A stretch of 64,000 nucleotides of DNA. It comes from Lachnospiraceae bacterium. GTDB lineage: Bacteria; Bacillota; Clostridia; Lachnospirales; Lachnospiraceae. The DNA is taken from contig JAIKYU010000096.1 of NCBI GenBank assembly GCA_024682835.1, positions 3,101-67,100 on the forward strand. The letters are read 5' to 3'. A program made the position numbers and the translations under genes. Positions 25,874 through 37,046 of the stretch are shown piece after piece; position 1 is the stretch's first letter; the number at the start of each line of letters is the position of its first letter. The notes under the pieces were generated by a model that did no database searches, had not been told where the DNA came from, and worked only from the letters and a program-made list of their open reading frames with translations.

Positions 25874-27085
25874 TCACCCCGGCTGAAATCGTCTCAGAGA
25901 CGGCACCAGCTCCGCGATCGCGCAGGCAGCCGAATGGAGCTCCTCTTTCGTGGTATCCTTTGACAGACTCACACGGATGGTCGATTCCAGATATCGCTCC
26001 TCAAGGCCGATTGCCCGAAGCGTCGCGGTCCCCGGCTTATTCTTTGCCGCGTGGGAGGAACAGGCGCTGCCGGCGGACACGTAGATTCCCTTCTCCTCCA
26101 GCGCATGCAGCAAAACCTCGGCGCGCACCCCCGGAAACGACAGGCTCACGATATGCGGCGCCGCCTTCTCCCGGAAGGATGAACTGCCGTCATCCGGCAA
26201 ACAACCCGCCGGACCGTTGACGCGGATATCCTCCGTCGTCTCCCTCACCTCTTTGATAAAACCATCCCTCAGTTCTTCAAGGCGCCGCATCGTATCCTGC
26301 TGTCCGGCGAAGGCGCGTCCGGCCGCCGCCGCCAGTCCCACCGCGCCCGGCACATGATCGGTTCCGGACCTGAGGCCGTTCTGCTGTCCGCCGCCGTACA
26401 GGATCGGCAAAAGCTTCACGCCCTTCCGGATATAGAGAAAGCCGCATCCCTTCGGACCGTGAAACTTGTGTCCGCTCACTGAGAGCAGATCGATCCCGGC
26501 TGTCTTTACATCGATCGGCACCTTTCCATAAGCCTGCACGGCGTCCGTGTGAAACAGCACATCCGGTTTCTTTGCTCTGACCGCGCGGGAAATGGCGGGA
26601 AGATCCTGCACGGAGCCGATCTCGTTATTGACCGCCATCACGGAGATCAGAACGGTGTCCTCACGCACCGCTTCTGCCGCCGCGGACGGATCCACGAGGC
26701 CGAAGGAATCAACCGGGAGCACGGTCAGTTCAAATCCCTCCTGTACCAATGCCTCCATGGTCTTCGCCACCGCCGCGTGCTCGATGGATGTGGTGATCAG
26801 ATGCCTGCCTCTGCGCGCATTCGCCCGCGCACAGCCCAAAAGCGCCAGATTGTCGGATTCTGTCCCACCCGAGGTGAAAAGGATCTCCGCGGGTGTCACG
26901 CGGAGGGTCCCCGCAAGCGTCTTCCTGGCACTGTTCATCAGCTGTTGCGCCTCAAAACCCTTCCGATGCATGCTGGACGGATTGCCGTAATCCGTCCGGA
27001 AAGCCCCGGTCATCGCCGAAAGCACTTCCTCGTCGCAGCGCGTCGTGGCCGCGTTATCAAGGTAAATCTCCGTCTGCTTCGCCAT
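25874..27085 (-). CDS. iscS: Cysteine desulfurase (IscS/NifZ type, partner of ThiI)
   Basis: YLDNAATT, HTDAVQ, SGHKFHGPKG, SAGSACSS. Confidence 0.92.
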   Translation of the reverse strand: MAKQTEIYLDNAATTRCDEEVLSAMTGAFRTDYGNPSSMHRKGFEAQQLMNSARKTLAGTLRVTPAEILFTSGGTESDNLALLGCARANARRGRHLITTSIEHAAVAKTMEALVQEGFELTVLPVDSFGLVDPSAAAEAVREDTVLISVMAVNNEIGSVQDLPAISRAVRAKKPDVLFHTDAVQAYGKVPIDVKTAGIDLLSVSGHKFHGPKGCGFLYIRKGVKLLPILYGGGQQNGLRSGTDHVPGAVGLAAAAGRAFAGQQDTMRRLEELRDGFIKEVRETTEDIRVNGPAGCLPDDGSSSFREKAAPHIVSLSFPGVRAEVLLHALEEKGIYVSAGSACSSHAAKNKPGTATLRAIGLEERYLESTIRVSLSKDTTKEELHSAACAIAELVPSLRRFQPG

Positions 27086-27105
27086 CCGTGATCACTTTCC
27101 TTCGT

Positions 27106-27861
27106 CTACCGATCCAGCGTAAACACAAGCCAGGACAGCACGGTCATGGCTGCCGTCTCGGTTCTTAAGATCCTTCGTCCCAGCGTGATCGGCAAAAAGC
27201 CTGCCTCCCGCGCCCTTCGCACCTCATCCTCCGAAAAGCCCCCCTCCGGGCCGATGAACACCGTGACGCGCTGCCCCGGCCGCACATCTTTGATGATCGA
27301 ACGCGTTTCCTCCATGGAAGCGCCCTGCTCTCCCGCAAGCTCCCACGGGATCAGGCGCACGTCCGCATCTGCGCACATCGAGAGGGCCTCCGCAAAGGAC
27401 ACCGGCGCCGTGACCTCAGGGATCAACGCCCGATGGGATTGCTTTGCGGCAGACTCCGCGATCTTCTGCCAGCGCGCGCGCTTCCCTTCCCCCCGCTTCT
27501 CATCCAGCCTGACGACACTCCTTTCGCAGGCAACAGGAACTATCCGGGAGGCTCCCAGCTCGATCGTCTTCTGAATGACCGTCTCCATCTTATCCGCTTT
27601 GGGAAGTCCCTGCAAGACCGTTACAGGACAGGGCAGCTCGACATCCGCTTCCTTTACAAAATAAAGGCGGCAGAACGCCGCATCTGACTCGATCCGCTCG
27701 ATTCCGTAGCGATACTCCGCCGTCTCCCCGGTGAAGCAGACAGACAGTTCCTCTCCCACCCGCATGCGCAGCACCTGCACGATGTGATGGAAATTCTCCC
27801 CCGTAAGCGTCAGGGTGTTGTCATCCGCTCTTTCCGAAGGTTCACAGAAAATCTGTACCAT
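27106..27861 (-). CDS. rsmE: 16S rRNA m3U1498 methyltransferase
   Basis: HIVQVLRM, ELGAS, IGPEGG, LGRRILRTETA. Confidence 0.95.
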   Translation of the reverse strand: MVQIFCEPSERADDNTLTLTGENFHHIVQVLRMRVGEELSVCFTGETAEYRYGIERIESDAAFCRLYFVKEADVELPCPVTVLQGLPKADKMETVIQKTIELGASRIVPVACERSVVRLDEKRGEGKRARWQKIAESAAKQSHRALIPEVTAPVSFAEALSMCADADVRLIPWELAGEQGASMEETRSIIKDVRPGQRVTVFIGPEGGFSEDEVRRAREAGFLPITLGRRILRTETAAMTVLSWLVFTLDR

Positions 27862-28925
27862 CAGCGCACCGCCGTGAGGGCGCACCACTCACCGAGCTCC
27901 TCCCTGTCCTGCAGGGAAAAACCGGCCTGTGAAAGCGCGGAGATCACCTCGTCCGCGATGGAAATGAGAATACCGGAATAGATCAGCACGCCTTTCTCTT
28001 CCATGAGCGAAGGCACCACCGGGGTGAGGGGCAAAAGCACATTCGGAAGAATATTGGCGACCACAATCGAATAACCGGACGTCACCCCGCTGATCTTAGC
28101 CCTGAACGCTTCATCGCGGATCAGATCGCCCTGAAAGACATCCATCTCTTTCCCGGAATGGCCATTGCGATCCCTGTTTTCAATTGCCGCGGAGCACGCC
28201 AGCGGATCCAGATCCACCCCAACCGCAAAATCCGCACCGAACATCAGGGAGAGAATCGACAATACCCCGCTCCCCGTCCCGATATCCAGGACGGATAAGC
28301 TTCCTGCCTCCCGTCCCGCTTTCTTCGCGTCAATCACACGCCGCAGCGCGCGCACGGCGAGCTTTGTCGTCTCATGAAGTCCCGTGCCGAAGGCGGCTCC
28401 CGGATCCATGTGCAGCACATAGGCCGCGCTCTTTTGATCCTCCTCTCCCATCTCCTCCCAGGAGGGAAGCACCAGAACATCATCGATGGTAAACTTGTGA
28501 AAATACTGCTTCCAGTTGTCGCGCCAGTCAATATCCTCGGTCACGGACACGGTGACGGTGCCCTCTCCGATATCGGAATACTGCCGCAGCGAATCCAGCT
28601 CCTCCCGCATCCGGGTAAGCACTTCCTCCGGGGTCACGGGCTCTTCCTCATTACTTATGATCAGTTTAAGACCGTCTCCTGCGCGATTCGCATCTGGTTC
28701 GGCAATTTCGACATAAAAATTCAGACAGGCGAGATCCTCCTCCCCGTTGTCATCCTCAATCACAGGGAGAGGTGCCTCGTCAACAAAGAGTTCCTCGAGT
28801 TCCCGCCCCGAGAGAGGCACTTTATCCTCAATCTCGGCGCCGCCAAGCCCGATATCCGACATCGTGCTCACGATGATATCTTCCGATTCGGCGTTGGTTC
28901 GCACTCTGAATCTCATCCACTTCAT
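27861..28925 (-). CDS. prmA: Ribosomal protein L11 methyltransferase
   Basis: WRDNWKQYFH, DPGAAFGTGLHETT, LDIGTGSG, VANIL. Confidence 0.95.
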   Translation of the reverse strand: MKWMRFRVRTNAESEDIIVSTMSDIGLGGAEIEDKVPLSGRELEELFVDEAPLPVIEDDNGEEDLACLNFYVEIAEPDANRAGDGLKLIISNEEEPVTPEEVLTRMREELDSLRQYSDIGEGTVTVSVTEDIDWRDNWKQYFHKFTIDDVLVLPSWEEMGEEDQKSAAYVLHMDPGAAFGTGLHETTKLAVRALRRVIDAKKAGREAGSLSVLDIGTGSGVLSILSLMFGADFAVGVDLDPLACSAAIENRDRNGHSGKEMDVFQGDLIRDEAFRAKISGVTSGYSIVVANILPNVLLPLTPVVPSLMEEKGVLIYSGILISIADEVISALSQAGFSLQDREELGEWCALTAVR

Positions 28926-28931
28926 GGAGGT

Positions 28932-30134
28932 TTACCCGAAGAATCCCTTCTTTTTCTTTTTTGAACCGCCTTTTGCGCCGCCCTCCGGGCCGGTCCTGTC
29001 CGGGCCGTCCTGCCCGTCCGGTTCGTGACCGGTTCGTAAGGTGTTCCCTGTCAGCTCATCAAACTGACGCAGCAGATCTTTGGCCTCCTTGGGCAGCTTC
29101 TCCGGCACCTGCACGATCAGCGTCACGTAATGATCCCCGCGTACGTTTTTATCACGCAGCGAAGGCACGCCCTTGCCGCGGAGGCGCACACGCGTGTCCG
29201 TCGCCGTCCCCGCCTTGACGTCATAGGCGACCTTGCCGTCCACCGTGTCAATCAAAACCGTGCCGCCGAGGGTGGCCACCGCAAAGGACATCGGCACCGC
29301 CGAATAGATGTTGTAGCCGTCGCGCTGGAAAATCGGATGCTCGGCAATGATGACCTCCACCAGAAGATCGCCGCGCGGTCCGCCGTTTGTCCCCGGTTCG
29401 CCCTTTTCCCTGATCCGGACGCTCTGTCCGTTATCGATGCCCGCAGGGATGGATACCTGGATCTTTTTCCTGCTGGCGATATAGCCCGTTCCACGGCAGT
29501 CCGGACACTTCTCCTTGACGGTTTTCCCGCTGCCGCCGCATTCCGGACAGGTCTGCACATTCCGAACGGTACCGAAAAAGGACTGCTGCGTGAACACGAC
29601 CTGACCCTTGCCTCCGCATTTGGAGCAGGTCTCGGGTGTCGTGCCGGGCTTTGCCCCTGTCCCCTTGCACTTGGGGCAAGGATCCTTTAAGGTCAGTTCC
29701 AGTTCCTTGTCGACGCCGAAAACCGCCTCCAAAAAGGTGATCCGTACGCTCGTGCGGATATTGGCGCCCTTGGAGGGTGCATTGCGCGCCGCGCCGGAGC
29801 GTCTGGCCCCGCCAAAGAAATCCCCGAAGATATCGCCGAAGATATCACCGAAATCCGCGCCTGTGAAATCAAAGCCGCCTCCGCCGAAGCCTCCGGCTCC
29901 GTCAAAGGCCGCATGCCCGAACTGGTCATATTGTCTGCGCTTCTCCGGATCGGAAAGCACCGCATAAGCCTCAGAGGCCTCCTTGAATTTTTCCGCCGCG
30001 GAAGCATCGCCCGGATTCATATCCGGGTGATATTTCTTGGCCAGTACACGGTACGCCTTTTTAATATCATCCTCGGAGGCGCCTTTGGCGACTCCGAGGA
30101 CCTCGTAATAATCTCTTTTCTGTTCCTGTGCCAT
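28932..30134 (-). CDS. dnaJ: Chaperone DnaJ
   Basis: J domain with HPD, G/F-rich region, four CxxCxGxG motifs. Confidence 0.98.
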   Translation of the reverse strand: MAQEQKRDYYEVLGVAKGASEDDIKKAYRVLAKKYHPDMNPGDASAAEKFKEASEAYAVLSDPEKRRQYDQFGHAAFDGAGGFGGGGFDFTGADFGDIFGDIFGDFFGGARRSGAARNAPSKGANIRTSVRITFLEAVFGVDKELELTLKDPCPKCKGTGAKPGTTPETCSKCGGKGQVVFTQQSFFGTVRNVQTCPECGGSGKTVKEKCPDCRGTGYIASRKKIQVSIPAGIDNGQSVRIREKGEPGTNGGPRGDLLVEVIIAEHPIFQRDGYNIYSAVPMSFAVATLGGTVLIDTVDGKVAYDVKAGTATDTRVRLRGKGVPSLRDKNVRGDHYVTLIVQVPEKLPKEAKDLLRQFDELTGNTLRTGHEPDGQDGPDRTGPEGGAKGGSKKKKKGFFG

Positions 30135-30168
30135 TTCTATCCCCTCACGAGCGTGCGGCCCGGCACCA

Positions 30169-32070
30169 TCACACCTCTCTGTAGTCTCCGTCGACTACAT
30201 CGTCGTTGCTGCCTCCTGCCTGAGACGAGCCCTGCGCACCGGCGCCCATATCCGGTCCCATACCGCCCATGCCGCTCATATCGGGACCGGCACCGCCCGC
30301 AGCGCCCTGGGCATTCTCATAAACCTTGGCAAACAGCGCCTGGGCATCATTCATCAGTTTTTCCTTCCGGGTCTTGATGTCGTCAATCTCCCCGTCCGTC
30401 AGCTCTCTGTCCTTGGTCTGCTCAAGCACTTCCTTGAGTCCCTTCAGATCATCCTCCACGGTCGCCTTCTGTGCCGGATCAATCTTGTCGCCGACATCCT
30501 TTAAGGCCTTCTCCGTCTGGAACACGAAGCTGTCAGCCTCATTTCTCGCGTCGATTCCCTCCTTGCGCTTCTTATCCTGCGCCTCAAACTCAGCGGCTTC
30601 CTTGATCGCCTTCTCAATGTCGGAATCGCTCATGTTGGAACCGGCTGTGATCGTGATATGCTGCTCCTTGCCGGTGCCCAGATCCTTCGCGGAGACATTG
30701 ACGATTCCGTTGGCGTCGATATCAAAGGTGACCTCGATCTGGGGCACCCCGCGCATGGCCGGCGGAATGCCGTCCAGACGGAACTGACCGAGCGATTTAT
30801 TGTCCCGCGCGAACTGACGCTCGCCCTGCAGGACGTTGATGTCCACCGCCGTCTGATTGTCGGCCGCGGTCGAGAAGACCTGGCTCTTCTTGGTCGGGAT
30901 CGTCGTGTTGCGCTCAATCAGTCTCGTTGCGACACCGCCCATGGTCTCGATGGACAAGGACAGCGGCGTGACGTCCAGTAACAGAATATCGCCGGCACCT
31001 GCATCACCCGCGAGCTTGCCGCCCTGTACGGAAGCGCCGATCGCAACGCACTCGTCGGGATTGAGGGTCTTGGACGGCTCCTTGCCGGTCAGCTGCTTCA
31101 CCTTCTCCACCACACAGGGAACGCGCGTTGATCCGCCAACCAGCAGAACCTGACCGAGATCGGAATTGGAAAGACCCGCGTCCTTCATCGCGTTCTGCAC
31201 CGGAATCGCCGTCTTTTCGACGAGGTCATTGATCAGTTCCTCAAACTTTGCACGGGACAGATCCATGTCAAAGTGCTTCGGCCCGTCCGCCGTCGCCGTG
31301 ATAAACGGCAGGTTGATGTTGGTGGTCGTCGTGGAGGAGAGCTCCTTCTTAGCCTTCTCGGCGGCCTCCTTCAGCCGCTGCATGGCCATCTTGTCGCCGG
31401 AGAGATCCACGCCCTCCTTCTTCTTAAACTCCTCAACCATCCAGTTCATGATGCGGTTATCGAAGTCATCGCCGCCCAGATGCGTGTCACCGTTGGTGGC
31501 CAGCACTTCGATGACGCCGTCGCCGATCTCGATGATGGAGACATCAAAGGTGCCGCCGCCGAGATCGTAGACCATGATCTTCTGTTCCTTCTCGTTGTCC
31601 AGACCGTATGCCAGCGCTGCCGCCGTGGGCTCGTTGATGATACGCTTGACCTCAAGACCCGCGATCTTACCGGCATCCTTGGTCGCCTGACGCTGGGCAT
31701 CATTGAAATACGCAGGCACGGTGATGACCGCCTCGCTCACCGATTCGCCGAGGTACTGCTCGGCGTCGGCCTTCAGCTTCTGCAGAATCATCGCAGAAAT
31801 CATCTGCGGTGAGTATTTCTTGTCATCGATATTGCGTCCGTGATCCGTTCCCATATCACGTTTGATCGAGGCGATGGTCCGATCCGCATTGGTCACGGCC
31901 TGACGTTTTGCAGGCTCGCCAACCAGGCGCTCACCGGTCTTGGTGAAGGCCACGATCGACGGTGTGGTGCGCGCACCCTCAGCATTTGCGATGACGGTGG
32001 GCTTTCCGCCCTCCATAACTGCCACGCAGCTGTTTGTGGTACCCAGATCGATTCCGATAATCTTGCTCAT
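30169..32070 (-). CDS. dnaK: Chaperone DnaK
   Basis: [19 protein letters not shown], full Hsp70 sequence. Confidence 0.99.
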   Translation of the reverse strand: MSKIIGIDLGTTNSCVAVMEGGKPTVIANAEGARTTPSIVAFTKTGERLVGEPAKRQAVTNADRTIASIKRDMGTDHGRNIDDKKYSPQMISAMILQKLKADAEQYLGESVSEAVITVPAYFNDAQRQATKDAGKIAGLEVKRIINEPTAAALAYGLDNEKEQKIMVYDLGGGTFDVSIIEIGDGVIEVLATNGDTHLGGDDFDNRIMNWMVEEFKKKEGVDLSGDKMAMQRLKEAAEKAKKELSSTTTTNINLPFITATADGPKHFDMDLSRAKFEELINDLVEKTAIPVQNAMKDAGLSNSDLGQVLLVGGSTRVPCVVEKVKQLTGKEPSKTLNPDECVAIGASVQGGKLAGDAGAGDILLLDVTPLSLSIETMGGVATRLIERNTTIPTKKSQVFSTAADNQTAVDINVLQGERQFARDNKSLGQFRLDGIPPAMRGVPQIEVTFDIDANGIVNVSAKDLGTGKEQHITITAGSNMSDSDIEKAIKEAAEFEAQDKKRKEGIDARNEADSFVFQTEKALKDVGDKIDPAQKATVEDDLKGLKEVLEQTKDRELTDGEIDDIKTRKEKLMNDAQALFAKVYENAQGAAGGAGPDMSGMGGMGPDMGAGAQGSSQAGGSNDDVVDGDYREV

Positions 32071-32163
32071 TTTGATCCCTCCCTTTTTACTTAAGTGAGT
32101 ACGCTGCGATCCGAAGGAACCGCTTCGTACAGATCTGATAAACTCTGTGAAAGGTCACACCGC

Positions 32164-32817
32164 CTATCCGGCGACCGACACCATGCTGTGCCGGATGACG
32201 GTATCGTGATACAGATACCCTTTCTGCATCTCCTGAGCGACCGTGCCGGCAGGAAACTCCTCCGTCGCCTCCGTCTGCATGACCGCGTTGTGGAAATTCG
32301 GATCAAATTCCCTGCCAAGCGCTTCGATCGGTGTGACACCGAGATCCTCAAGCGCCTTGGAAAGCTGCTTGTAGATCATGCTCATCCCGTCCGCGAACGC
32401 TTTGTTTTCCTCATTTTTGGGAGCCGATGCCAGTCCCCGTTCAAAATTGTCGACCACCGGCAGAATTCTCTCAATGACATGAGCGGCGCCGGTATCAAAC
32501 ATCTGGGATTTCTCCCTGTCCGTGCGCTTGCGGAAGTTTTCGAACTCCGCCATCTGCCGCATGCATTTGTCTTGCAGCTCTTTGATCTGCTCTTTAAGCG
32601 GATCAGCCTTGTCCGCCTTGCCCTTGTCCTTTTTCTTGCCGAACAGGGGCTTCTTACCATCGGGAGCGGCTTCATCCCCCTTCTTTTCTTCTGAAGTGCC
32701 TTCCGCTTCTGCCTCTTCAGCAGCGGTCTCCTTCCCTTCCTCCGTCACAGGGACTTTCTGTTCCTCTGCCTGCTCAGGCATCCGTTCCATGTCCTGTTCC
32801 TTTTCGCTGTCCGCCAT
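32164..32817 (-). CDS. grpE: Nucleotide exchange factor GrpE
   Basis: AEFENFRKR, LPVVDNFERG, FDPNFHNAV; start moved to MADSEK after an RBS. Confidence 0.96.
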   Translation of the reverse strand: MADSEKEQDMERMPEQAEEQKVPVTEEGKETAAEEAEAEGTSEEKKGDEAAPDGKKPLFGKKKDKGKADKADPLKEQIKELQDKCMRQMAEFENFRKRTDREKSQMFDTGAAHVIERILPVVDNFERGLASAPKNEENKAFADGMSMIYKQLSKALEDLGVTPIEALGREFDPNFHNAVMQTEATEEFPAGTVAQEMQKGYLYHDTVIRHSMVSVAG

Positions 32818-32839
32818 TGCTTTTTCCCTCCTGCCTGTA

Positions 32840-33868
32840 TCATTTCCTGTACAGCTCATCCAGTCTGCGCATGACATTTTTCATGATGGTCACCACCCGG
32901 TCATAATCCATCCGTTTGGGACCGATGACACCGATGGTTCCGCGCATTCCCTCCCCGAGATCATAGGTGGCCGTCACCACGCTGCAATCCTGCATCGTCG
33001 CCGTCGGCGCCTCGCTTCCGATGTAGATCTGAATTCCGTCTGCCTGATCCGTCTCAGAAAGAGATTTCAACGCGATGCTCTCCAGCTCTGTCTTTTCCTC
33101 AAAGGTCGTGATCAGCGCCGAAGCGCGTCCCTTGTCCGCAAGTTCCGGATACCGGAAGATGTTGTTTGTACCACTCGTGTAAATCTCAAGGTTGTCATTG
33201 TCCCGGATCGTCTCCGCAGCCGCATCAATCACTCTGGTCACGATCTCGCTGTGCTGACCTGCCTCCAGCTTCAGTGCCGCGATCATACCGAGATTGATCT
33301 CATCCACCGAAAGGCCGTTCAGGCGCGTGTTGAGCAGCATGTTGAGTTTCATGATCGTCTCGTCATCCGGATTCTCCTCCACGTCAACCATGCGGTTTTT
33401 GATGACATTGCCCTCCATCACCACCGTCGCCAGCAGATGAGCGCCGTCCACGCGGGAAATCTGAATAAACTTCAGGCGCTTGCCCTTCAGGGCCGGAGCG
33501 GAAATCATCGTCGCATAATTGGTGTTAAGCGCCAAAAGCCTCGCCACCTGCTTGAGCATGTTTTCCAGCTTCTCCTCACGGGAAAGCAGAAGCTCTTTCA
33601 TCTCGTCAACTTCGCGCTCCTTGCTCTTTAGCATCTCGTCGACATAGATGCGGTAGCCCTGATCCGAAGGAATCCGCCCCGCCGAGGTGTGCGGCTGGAT
33701 GATCAGCCCCATCTCCTCCAGATCCGCCATCTCGTTGCGAATCGTCGCAGAGCTCAGATTCAGATCCGTATCCTTGGAGATCGTGCGCGAACCCACCGGC
33801 TCGCCGGTGGACAGATAATTTCGCACGATCGCGTGCAGGATTTTCATTTTCCGTTCGTCCAGGATCAT
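32840..33868 (-). CDS. hrcA: Heat-inducible repressor HrcA
   Basis: EPVGSRT, SSATIRNEMADLEE, HTSAGRIPS, GPKRMDY; start moved to MILDER. Confidence 0.97.
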   Translation of the reverse strand: MILDERKMKILHAIVRNYLSTGEPVGSRTISKDTDLNLSSATIRNEMADLEEMGLIIQPHTSAGRIPSDQGYRIYVDEMLKSKEREVDEMKELLLSREEKLENMLKQVARLLALNTNYATMISAPALKGKRLKFIQISRVDGAHLLATVVMEGNVIKNRMVDVEENPDDETIMKLNMLLNTRLNGLSVDEINLGMIAALKLEAGQHSEIVTRVIDAAAETIRDNDNLEIYTSGTNNIFRYPELADKGRASALITTFEEKTELESIALKSLSETDQADGIQIYIGSEAPTATMQDCSVVTATYDLGEGMRGTIGVIGPKRMDYDRVVTIMKNVMRRLDELYRK

Positions 33869-33894
33869 CCGGATTCCTTTCTTTTCTCCGGGTG

Positions 33895-33921
33895 TTAGCA
33901 CTCGTCTTGCGTGAGTGCTAA
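33895..33921. promoter_or_regulatory. CIRCE operator
   Basis: Perfect TTAGCACTC-N9-GAGTGCTAA directly upstream of hrcA. Confidence 0.98.
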
Positions 33922-33935
33922 CACTGTATGATGAT

Positions 33936-33964
33936 AAAATAACACGCCGCATCCATGATGTCAA
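33936..33964 (-). promoter_or_regulatory. Sigma-A promoter of the hrcA-dnaK operon
   Basis: TTGACA-17-TATTTT with extended TGn, 14 nt upstream of CIRCE. Confidence 0.8.
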
Positions 33965-34052
33965 CAAGGATGCAGCGTGATTTTTATGAAAAAAGTATAA
34001 AGAGGCAGATTTCGAATTACTGTTTAGAGAACCCCACCCGCATTCGCAGGTT

Positions 34053-34748
34053 TTATGACATGTCGAATGATCCGCTGGTGTTGCCGTTGACAACGTAGTA
34101 TACCTTGTTCTCCTCCGGCTTGACGTAGAGCTCCAGCTTCTTGATATCGGAGACCTTGCCGCCCAGATCGTTGCGCCAGACATTCTTGGCCTTGTCGACC
34201 AGATCCTTCTGGGGCAGGCTCCTGTCCCCGTACTGAAGGACAAAATTGACCTTCTTTACCAGGCTGATGGTCGATTCGACGGAACGCTTTTTCTTCGGGG
34301 CGACCTTCTTCACTGTCTGTTTTGCGACGACCGGCTTCTTTTCTGCCGCCTTCTTAGCTGCGGTCGCTTTTTTCTCTGCCGGCTTCTTTTCCTCTGCTGC
34401 CTTCTTTACAGCGGTCACCTTCTTTTCCGCCGGCTTCTTTGCTGCGGTCTTCTTTGCAGCGGTCGCTTTCTTTTCCGCCGGCTTTTTCGCTGCCGTCGTC
34501 TTCTTCTCCGCCGCCTTCTTTTCCTCTGCAGCCTTCACCGCGGGAGCCTGCTTTGCGGGCTTCTCCTCCGGTTTTTTGACCTCTGCGGCCTTCACGGGCT
34601 CCTTTCCTTCTGCAGCCGGCATGGCCGCCACAGGCTTTCTTGCCACCGGCTTGGGCGCGGGAACCTTTTTTGCGGGCGCGGCTGCTGCCGCAGTCTTAAC
34701 CTCAGAAGCACCGGTTGTTGTCGGCGTTACTTTTTTTGTTTCCTGCAT
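34053..34748 (-). CDS. Lys/Ala-rich protein with DUF6465-like C-terminal domain
   Basis: AAKK/PAEKK repeats followed by LELYVKPEENKVYYVVN; GAGGAGG RBS. Confidence 0.8.
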   Translation of the reverse strand: MQETKKVTPTTTGASEVKTAAAAAPAKKVPAPKPVARKPVAAMPAAEGKEPVKAAEVKKPEEKPAKQAPAVKAAEEKKAAEKKTTAAKKPAEKKATAAKKTAAKKPAEKKVTAVKKAAEEKKPAEKKATAAKKAAEKKPVVAKQTVKKVAPKKKRSVESTISLVKKVNFVLQYGDRSLPQKDLVDKAKNVWRNDLGGKVSDIKKLELYVKPEENKVYYVVNGNTSGSFDMS

Positions 34749-34910
34749 TTCTCGTCCTCCTCAATTCTTGCTCAACACCATCTGAATCCATTCGCCCGGA
34801 GCCGAACCGTCGCCATGTCTTCTCCAAAGGCACACACCCGACTCCCCGGTCTCTGCAGGTCATCGTAGATACAGTCGCATCTACATAAGGGATAATCCGC
34901 ACTACCCATT

Positions 34911-34939
34911 ACAATAGTACACTTTATCCGCGTTGTCAA
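34911..34939 (-). promoter_or_regulatory. Sigma-A promoter of the Lys/Ala-rich gene
   Basis: TTGACA-17-TATTGT; implies a leader of about 150 nt. Confidence 0.65.
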
Positions 34940-34961
34940 ACCTTTGCTGTCATGTATCCCT

Positions 34962-35825
34962 TTATCCGGCGACAAGCGCGCGGATGCCGGTGACCAGAAG
35001 CACCAGAATGCCCAGTGCAATGCGGTACCATCCGAAGACTTTGAAATCATGCTTGCGGATATAGCCCAGGAAAAACCGGATCACGACGATGGACACCGCA
35101 AACGCAACGATCATACCGACCGCCAGCAGGCTGATCTGCGCACCGGTAAAGTGCAGACCCGCGGCGATAAATTTCACGATTTTCAGCAGACTTGCACCGA
35201 ACATCACCGGAACGGCAAGGAAAAAGGTGAATTCCGTCGCGGTTTCCCGCGCCACGCCGATCAGCAGCGCGCCGAGTATCGTAGCACCGGAGCGGGACGT
35301 TCCGGGGAAAACCGCGGCCAGCACCTGGCAGGCGCCGATGAGCAGGGCCGTTTTGATGTCGATCTCCTCCAGACAGTAGATCCGCGGCTTCTTTCCGCGG
35401 TTTCTGTTTTCTATCAGGATGAAGCCGATACCGAACACGATCAGCGCAAGTGCCACCGGTATCGGTTTGTAGAAAAGCGCTTCAAAGAAATCATCCAGCG
35501 TCAGTCCGATAATCACCGCAGGCAGACAGGCGATGATGATCAGCACCCAAAGGCCGATGATCTCGGGTTTGACCGCGATGCTGCTCTTTCTCCTTTTTCG
35601 GTTCCGCTTCATATAGAATGGCCAGAGTCTGGACCAGTACAGCACCAGCACCGCCATGACGGCCCCCAGCTGAATCACCACCAGAAAGACCTCCCAGAAT
35701 TCCTCCGGCACATCGAGGCGCACGAACATATCCAGCAGAATCATATGTCCCGTTGAGCTGATCGGCAGCCACTCCGTGATCCCCTCAACAATACCGTACA
35801 GGATTGCCTTCAGCACATTGATCAT
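34962..35825 (-). CDS. uppP: Undecaprenyl-diphosphatase
   Basis: GIVEGITEWLPISSTGH, PGTSRSG. Confidence 0.95.
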   Translation of the reverse strand: MINVLKAILYGIVEGITEWLPISSTGHMILLDMFVRLDVPEEFWEVFLVVIQLGAVMAVLVLYWSRLWPFYMKRNRKRRKSSIAVKPEIIGLWVLIIIACLPAVIIGLTLDDFFEALFYKPIPVALALIVFGIGFILIENRNRGKKPRIYCLEEIDIKTALLIGACQVLAAVFPGTSRSGATILGALLIGVARETATEFTFFLAVPVMFGASLLKIVKFIAAGLHFTGAQISLLAVGMIVAFAVSIVVIRFFLGYIRKHDFKVFGWYRIALGILVLLVTGIRALVAG

Positions 35826-37012
35826 TTCCCATATTCCTCCCTGGTGAATTTTTCCAAAGCAGGAAGCGAACGCCTCACCTTCTCCGTATCGATGCAGTAT
35901 GCCATGCGGAAGAATCCCGGAGCGCCAAAGCCATCCGCCGGAACCAGAATCAGGTCATATTTCTTTGCTTTTTCACAGAAGGCCACCGAGTCCTCCTCCA
36001 TCGCCTTCGGCATGATATAGAAGGTACCGCCCGGCTTTTCCACCGTGTAGCCAAGCTCCGTCAGCTTATCATAGAGCAGATTCCGGTTGATCTCATACAC
36101 GGAGAGATCGCTGGTCAGATCGCAGGTGTTGCTCACCGCGATCTGAATGATCGAAGGCGGGCAGTTGTGTCCCAGTCCGCGCGAAATCTGTCCGCACATC
36201 GGCACGATCTTGTCCGCCTTCTCGCACGCGGGGTGAACCGCCACGTAGCCGATCCGCTCCCCGGGAAGCGAGAGCGCCTTGGAAAAGGAATAGCAGGACA
36301 GCGTGTGATCATAAAACTTCGATACATACGGTGCTTCCCTGCCGTCGAAAACGATCTCCCGATAGGGCTCGTCGGAGATCAGGAAAATGCGGTGGCCAAA
36401 CCTCTGTGAACGATTCTCAAGGAACGACGCAAGCCTTTTCAAAGTCTCTTCGGAGTAGACGACGCCGGAGGGATTGTTGGGGGTGTTGATCAGCACCGCC
36501 GCAACCTGTTCATCCATGAGCTTTTCCAGTTCCGAAAAATTGATCTGGAAATGCTCCCTGTCCGCGGGCACTACACGAAGCGTAAGACCGGCTCCGGTGA
36601 TATAGGGTTGATACTCCGGAAAGTACGGTGCGAAGGTGAGCACCGTATCACCGGGCTTTGTCACCGCCCTGACCGCATGGGCAATGGCTCCCGCCGCTCC
36701 GGTTGTGGGGAAAATGTGTCCGGCCGTGTAGTGCATATCGAATCTCCGGTTCAGGGAAGCAGCAATTTGCTCCTTGTACGCGGGATTGCCCAGTGTGGGA
36801 GAATACCCGTGCAGCGCCATGGGGTCCTCCTCCCGAAGAAGCCGGATCATCTCGTCGGTAAAGGCCTGCGGCGCCGGTACGGACGGATTGCCGAGACTGT
36901 AATCGAACACGTTGTCGTATCCGATCTCCTCTCCCCTGGCTGTGGCAAATTCCGACAGCACGCGAATGATATTTTTGGCATTCAGCATGCTTTCGTAGGT
37001 TTCATTGATCAT
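35822..37012 (-). CDS. PLP-dependent class I/II aminotransferase
   Basis: NTPNNPSG, ISDEPY, SFSKALSLPGERIG. Confidence 0.92.
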   Translation of the reverse strand: MINETYESMLNAKNIIRVLSEFATARGEEIGYDNVFDYSLGNPSVPAPQAFTDEMIRLLREEDPMALHGYSPTLGNPAYKEQIAASLNRRFDMHYTAGHIFPTTGAAGAIAHAVRAVTKPGDTVLTFAPYFPEYQPYITGAGLTLRVVPADREHFQINFSELEKLMDEQVAAVLINTPNNPSGVVYSEETLKRLASFLENRSQRFGHRIFLISDEPYREIVFDGREAPYVSKFYDHTLSCYSFSKALSLPGERIGYVAVHPACEKADKIVPMCGQISRGLGHNCPPSIIQIAVSNTCDLTSDLSVYEINRNLLYDKLTELGYTVEKPGGTFYIMPKAMEEDSVAFCEKAKKYDLILVPADGFGAPGFFRMAYCIDTEKVRRSLPALEKFTREEYGK

Positions 37013-37046
37013 TTCTTTCCTCCTCTATAAAAACAATGTTTTACAC

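Noticed and set aside
32840-34243. Long N-terminal extensions in the ORF track (hrcA, also nifJ, sua5, dnaD, thiI)
   Set aside because: The upstream alternative starts run through promoters or neighbouring genes; homology and RBS position support the shorter starts
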